Source: Isurus oxyrinchus
Taxonomy: Eukaryota
Reading direction: 5' to 3'
Length of the DNA: 64,000 bases
Assembly (NCBI GenBank): GCA_026770705.1
Contig: JANJGN010000016.1
Coordinates: 86,862,001 to 86,926,000, forward strand
Made by a program: the position numbers and the translations under genes. The notes under the pieces are model-generated. The model had not been told where the DNA came from. It saw nothing but the letters and a program-made list of their open reading frames with translations, and did not search any database. Shown here in pieces: positions 60,944-64,000 of this stretch. How positions within the stretch are numbered: the stretch's first letter is position 1; each line of letters starts with the position of its first letter.

Positions 60944-61034
60944 CTCCAGGCCTCTCATTAAGGAGCTGAAAGAATATTTAGTGAAGAAGTTTGCGGAGTG
61001 TGCGGGCTGTGTGAAGGATTTCGGCAGTGACTGA
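60944..61034 (+). other. Candidate orphan terminal coding exon (SRPLIKELKEYLVKKFAECAGCVKDFGSD*)
   Basis: Strong polypyrimidine acceptor TCTTTCTCTTTTTCCCTTTTCAG|, then 29 open codons and TGATGA; no partner exons identified. Confidence 0.3.
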
Positions 61035-61310
61035 TGATTGCAGCTCCTTGTTCAGTCTGCTCCTCCCTCACCACTGATCAAGACATGTAACCTCGTGTCA
61101 CACTGAGTGAGATTACAATCAATATCATAGCGTCAGTCACAGAAAACAACAGCATCACAGTCTGAGACACTGGGACAGATATCACTGCGTCACGTCAAAG
61201 AACAGAGCCCTGATCCCCTCCCACCATGCTCAGAAACCATAGAGCATCGAAAATATACTGACAAACACCCCCTTATATTAAACACTCACACCCAGAGAAC
61301 ATCTACAGAG

Positions 61311-61533
61311 NNNNNNNNNNNNNNNNNNNNNNNNNNNNNNNNNNNNNNNNNNNNNNNNNNNNNNNNNNNNNNNNNNNNNNNNNNNNNNNNNNNNNNNNNN
61401 NNNNNNNNNNNNNNNNNNNNNNNNNNNNNNNNNNNNNNNNNNNNNNNNNNNNNNNNNNNNNNNNNNNNNNNNNNNNNNNNNNNNNNNNNNNNNNNNNNNN
61501 NNNNNNNNNNNNNNNNNNNNNNNNNNNNNNNNN
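61311..61533. other. Assembly gap (223 N)
   Basis: Run of N, followed by a GA microsatellite. Confidence 1.
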
Positions 61534-61564
61534 AGGTATAGAAGGGGAGCGACATAGAGTGTTT

Positions 61565-61716
61565 GTGAGAGAGAGAGAGAGAGAGAGAGAGGGATGAGAT
61601 GAATGAGTTAGTGTGAGTGAGAGAGAGGGAGATGGAGAGAGCGACAGAGATTGAGAGAGAGAGAGAGAGCGAGAGAGAGAGTGAGAGAGAGGGATGGTTA
61701 GTGTGAGAGAGAGAGA
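61565..61716. repeat. (GA)n-rich microsatellite
   Basis: Interrupted GAGAGA tracts. Confidence 0.9.
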
Positions 61717-61763
61717 CTCTGTGTCAGCTCCTGTACCTGTCAGAGTGAAGAAGTCTTATTATA

Positions 61764-62504
61764 AACAAAAACAGAATTACCTGGAAAAACTCATCAGGTC
61801 TGGCAGCATCGGAGGAGAAGAAAAGAGTTGACGTTTCGAGTCCTCATGACCCTTCGACAGAACTTGATTTCGAGTCCAAGAAAGAGTTGAAATATAAGCT
61901 GGTTTAAGGTGTGTGTGGGGGGGGCGGAGAGATAGAGAGAGAGAGAGGTGGTTGTGTGGACAAAAAAGCAGTGATAGAAGCAGATCATCAAAAGATGTCA
62001 GCGACAATGGTACAATAGAACACATAGGTGTTAAAGTTAAAGTTGGTGATATTATCTAAACGAATGTGCTAATTAAGAATGGATGGTAGGGCACTCAAGG
62101 TACAGCTCTAGTGGGGGTGGAGGGAGCATAAAAGATTTTAAAATATTTAAAAATAATGGAAATAGGTGGGAAAAGAAAAATCTATATAATTTATTGGGGA
62201 AAAAAAAGGGGGAAACAGAAAGGGGGTGGGGATGGGGGAGGGAGCTCACGACCTAAAGTTGTTGAATTCAGTATTCAGACCGGAAGGCTGTAAGGTGCCT
62301 AGTCGGAAGATGAGGTGTTGTTCCTCCAGTTTGCGTTGGGCTTCACTGGAACAATGCAGCAAGTCAAGGACAGACATGTGGGCAAGAGAGCAGGGTGGAG
62401 TGTTAAAATGGCAAGCGACAGGGAGGTTTGGGTCATTCTTGCGGACAGACCGCAGGTGTTCTGCAAAGCGGTCGCCCAGTTTACGTTTGGTCTCACCAAT
62501 GTAG
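61764..62504 (-). mobile_element. Penelope-like retroelement 3' end (GIY-YIG C-terminal half plus pLTR)
   Basis: LYIGETKRKLGDRFAEHLRSVRKNDPNLPVACHFN...KLEEQHLIFRLGTLQPSGLNTEFNNFRS*; homologous to 35140-35895. Confidence 0.9.
61826..61864 (-). ncRNA. Minimal hammerhead ribozyme motif with variant core
   Basis: AGTT-CTGTCGA-A-GGGTC-ATGAG-GACTC-GAAAC-GTC-AACT; perfect 4-bp stem I and GUC triplet, but core CUGUCGA instead of CUGANGA. Confidence 0.6.
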
Positions 62505-62505
62505 A

Positions 62506-62770
62506 GTCTTACTATAATTCTATCGGACCTTGGTGAGACCACACCTGGATTACTGTGTACAGATTCGGTCTCCTTACCTAAGGAAGGATATACTAGCCTT
62601 GGAAGGAGTGCAGCAGAGATTCCCCAGAGTGTCTCCTGGGATGAGGGGATTGTCCGATGAGGAGAGATTGAGTAGACTGGGACATTATTCCCTGGAATTT
62701 AGAAGAATGAGAGGTGATCCCATTGAAACATATAAAATTCTTAAAGTGATTGACAGGGTAGACAGTGACA
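62506..62770 (+). mobile_element. CR1 RT C-terminal fragment
   Basis: LVRPHLDYCVQIRSPYLRKDILALEGVQQRFPR..GMRGLSDEERLSRLGHYSLEFRRMRGDPIETYKILK. Confidence 0.9.
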
Positions 62771-63096
62771 GGGTGAGACCGGCAGCTTCCCTCACTGAGT
62801 CCCTTGTGTTTTACAGCAATCCAGCAGGATTTATGGACAATTTCTGCAGCCAGAACACGAATGAGCAGATTTATCCAATTCCATTTCACTATTTCCCATC
62901 CTGGGATTTGAACTCATCCCCTCTGGGTTCCTGGCTCAATCCCATTCCCTACAGGGAAGAAGTGGTGGTGTGGATTGAGAGAGGCTGAAAGGCAGGGAGC
63001 AAGGGGACTGCATTAACCTGGGATCCACAGAGCAACAGGTTAGTCTGCACCAAACTGCAGCACAGGTGGTGAGAATGGACAGTAACCTCGTTCCAC

Positions 63097-63400
63097 CTGA
63101 TCTCCATCCCTCCCTCTGAGTGTCTGACCTTCCTCTCTGATACACACCTCCCTGATCTCCATCCTTCCCTCTGAGTGTCTGACCTTCCTCTCAGATACAC
63201 ACCTCCCTGATCTCCATCCCTCCCTCTGAGTGTCCGACCTTCCCCTCAGATACACACCTCCCTGATCTCCATCCCTCCCTCTGAGTGTCCAACCTTCCTC
63301 TCAGATACACACCACTCTGATCTCCATCCGTCTCTCTATCTGACATCAATCCCTATCTCTATCTGACCTCCATCCCTCTCTCTATCTATCATCCATCCCT
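63097..63400. repeat. 55-bp minisatellite (about 4.5 copies) decaying into CT-rich repeat
   Basis: CCTGATCTCC at 63151, 63206, 63261. Confidence 0.9.
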
Positions 63401-64000
63401 CTCTCTATTTTAGCTGCTGATGCTCAGATCTGACTCAATTACAGTTAATCCCGTTATGAACAGTGTCGGCCTATTTGGAATGTCAGTTTGATGAAGTCAG
63501 TTTGAGCCATTACTCCAAGGACATCACAGATGGTTTGTACATAGGGTAACCCACAAACCAGAGAATTGTGTCAGTAAACACAGAGAGAATGAAAGATACA
63601 ATTAAAACTTTTTTAATATGGTTATCAGAGCTGTGTCACTATATAGTTAAAATGTTAGTGATGATATATCCTGCTGAGTAATATATAGAGAAGCCTGAGT
63701 AATAAATAATATATATCATTTCATGTTACATTATTTATTACAATAATATATTACAATTATATATTGTCTAAATACAGTAATATATGCAGATCAGATAATT
63801 GTGCCAATGTATAAAGATCTAAAAAATGCAACAATAAAGGTTTTGGAATATGATGTTCAGCAAAATGTCATTTTTATAGATTTATAGTTTAACAATGGTT
63901 ACTTATTGGTGAAGACTTACTTCACAATACAGTCTGTGTACTCAGGTAAATCACACTTCACAATCCAGTCTGTGTACTCAGCTACATTACACTTCACAAT

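Overview
Eukaryotic, repeat-dominated window from a cartilaginous fish (shark-type Ig cluster organisation and repeat families; species not determinable here). The only clearly intact gene is one germline, unrearranged immunoglobulin kappa (shark type III/NS4-like) light-chain minicluster on the minus strand. It has an octamer-variant/TATA promoter, leader exon (55851-55803), V exon (55616-55322) with 12-RSS, one J (54587-54553) with 23-RSS, C exon (48873-48545) and polyA signals (47976, 47881). All splice sites and frames are consistent. Downstream of the gene lie two very large G-rich satellites: about 29.6 kb of a 21-24 bp GGGTGATGCCGGGG-core repeat (1-29645, open at the left edge) and about 9.5 kb of a 28 bp repeat whose core is a consensus 5' splice site (36231-45700). 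Both end just before a DNA-transposon-like terminal motif. The second sits inside a nested PIF/Harbinger-like > Penelope > CR1 structure flanked by L2 LINE sequence. The remainder is decayed CR1/L2/Penelope retroelements, a Deu-domain SINE, minisatellites and two assembly gaps. Two Penelope ends carry minimal hammerhead-ribozyme motifs. The long Pro/His/Thr or Gly/Val ORFs in the ORF track are satellite artefacts. All family assignments are by motif recognition, without database searches.
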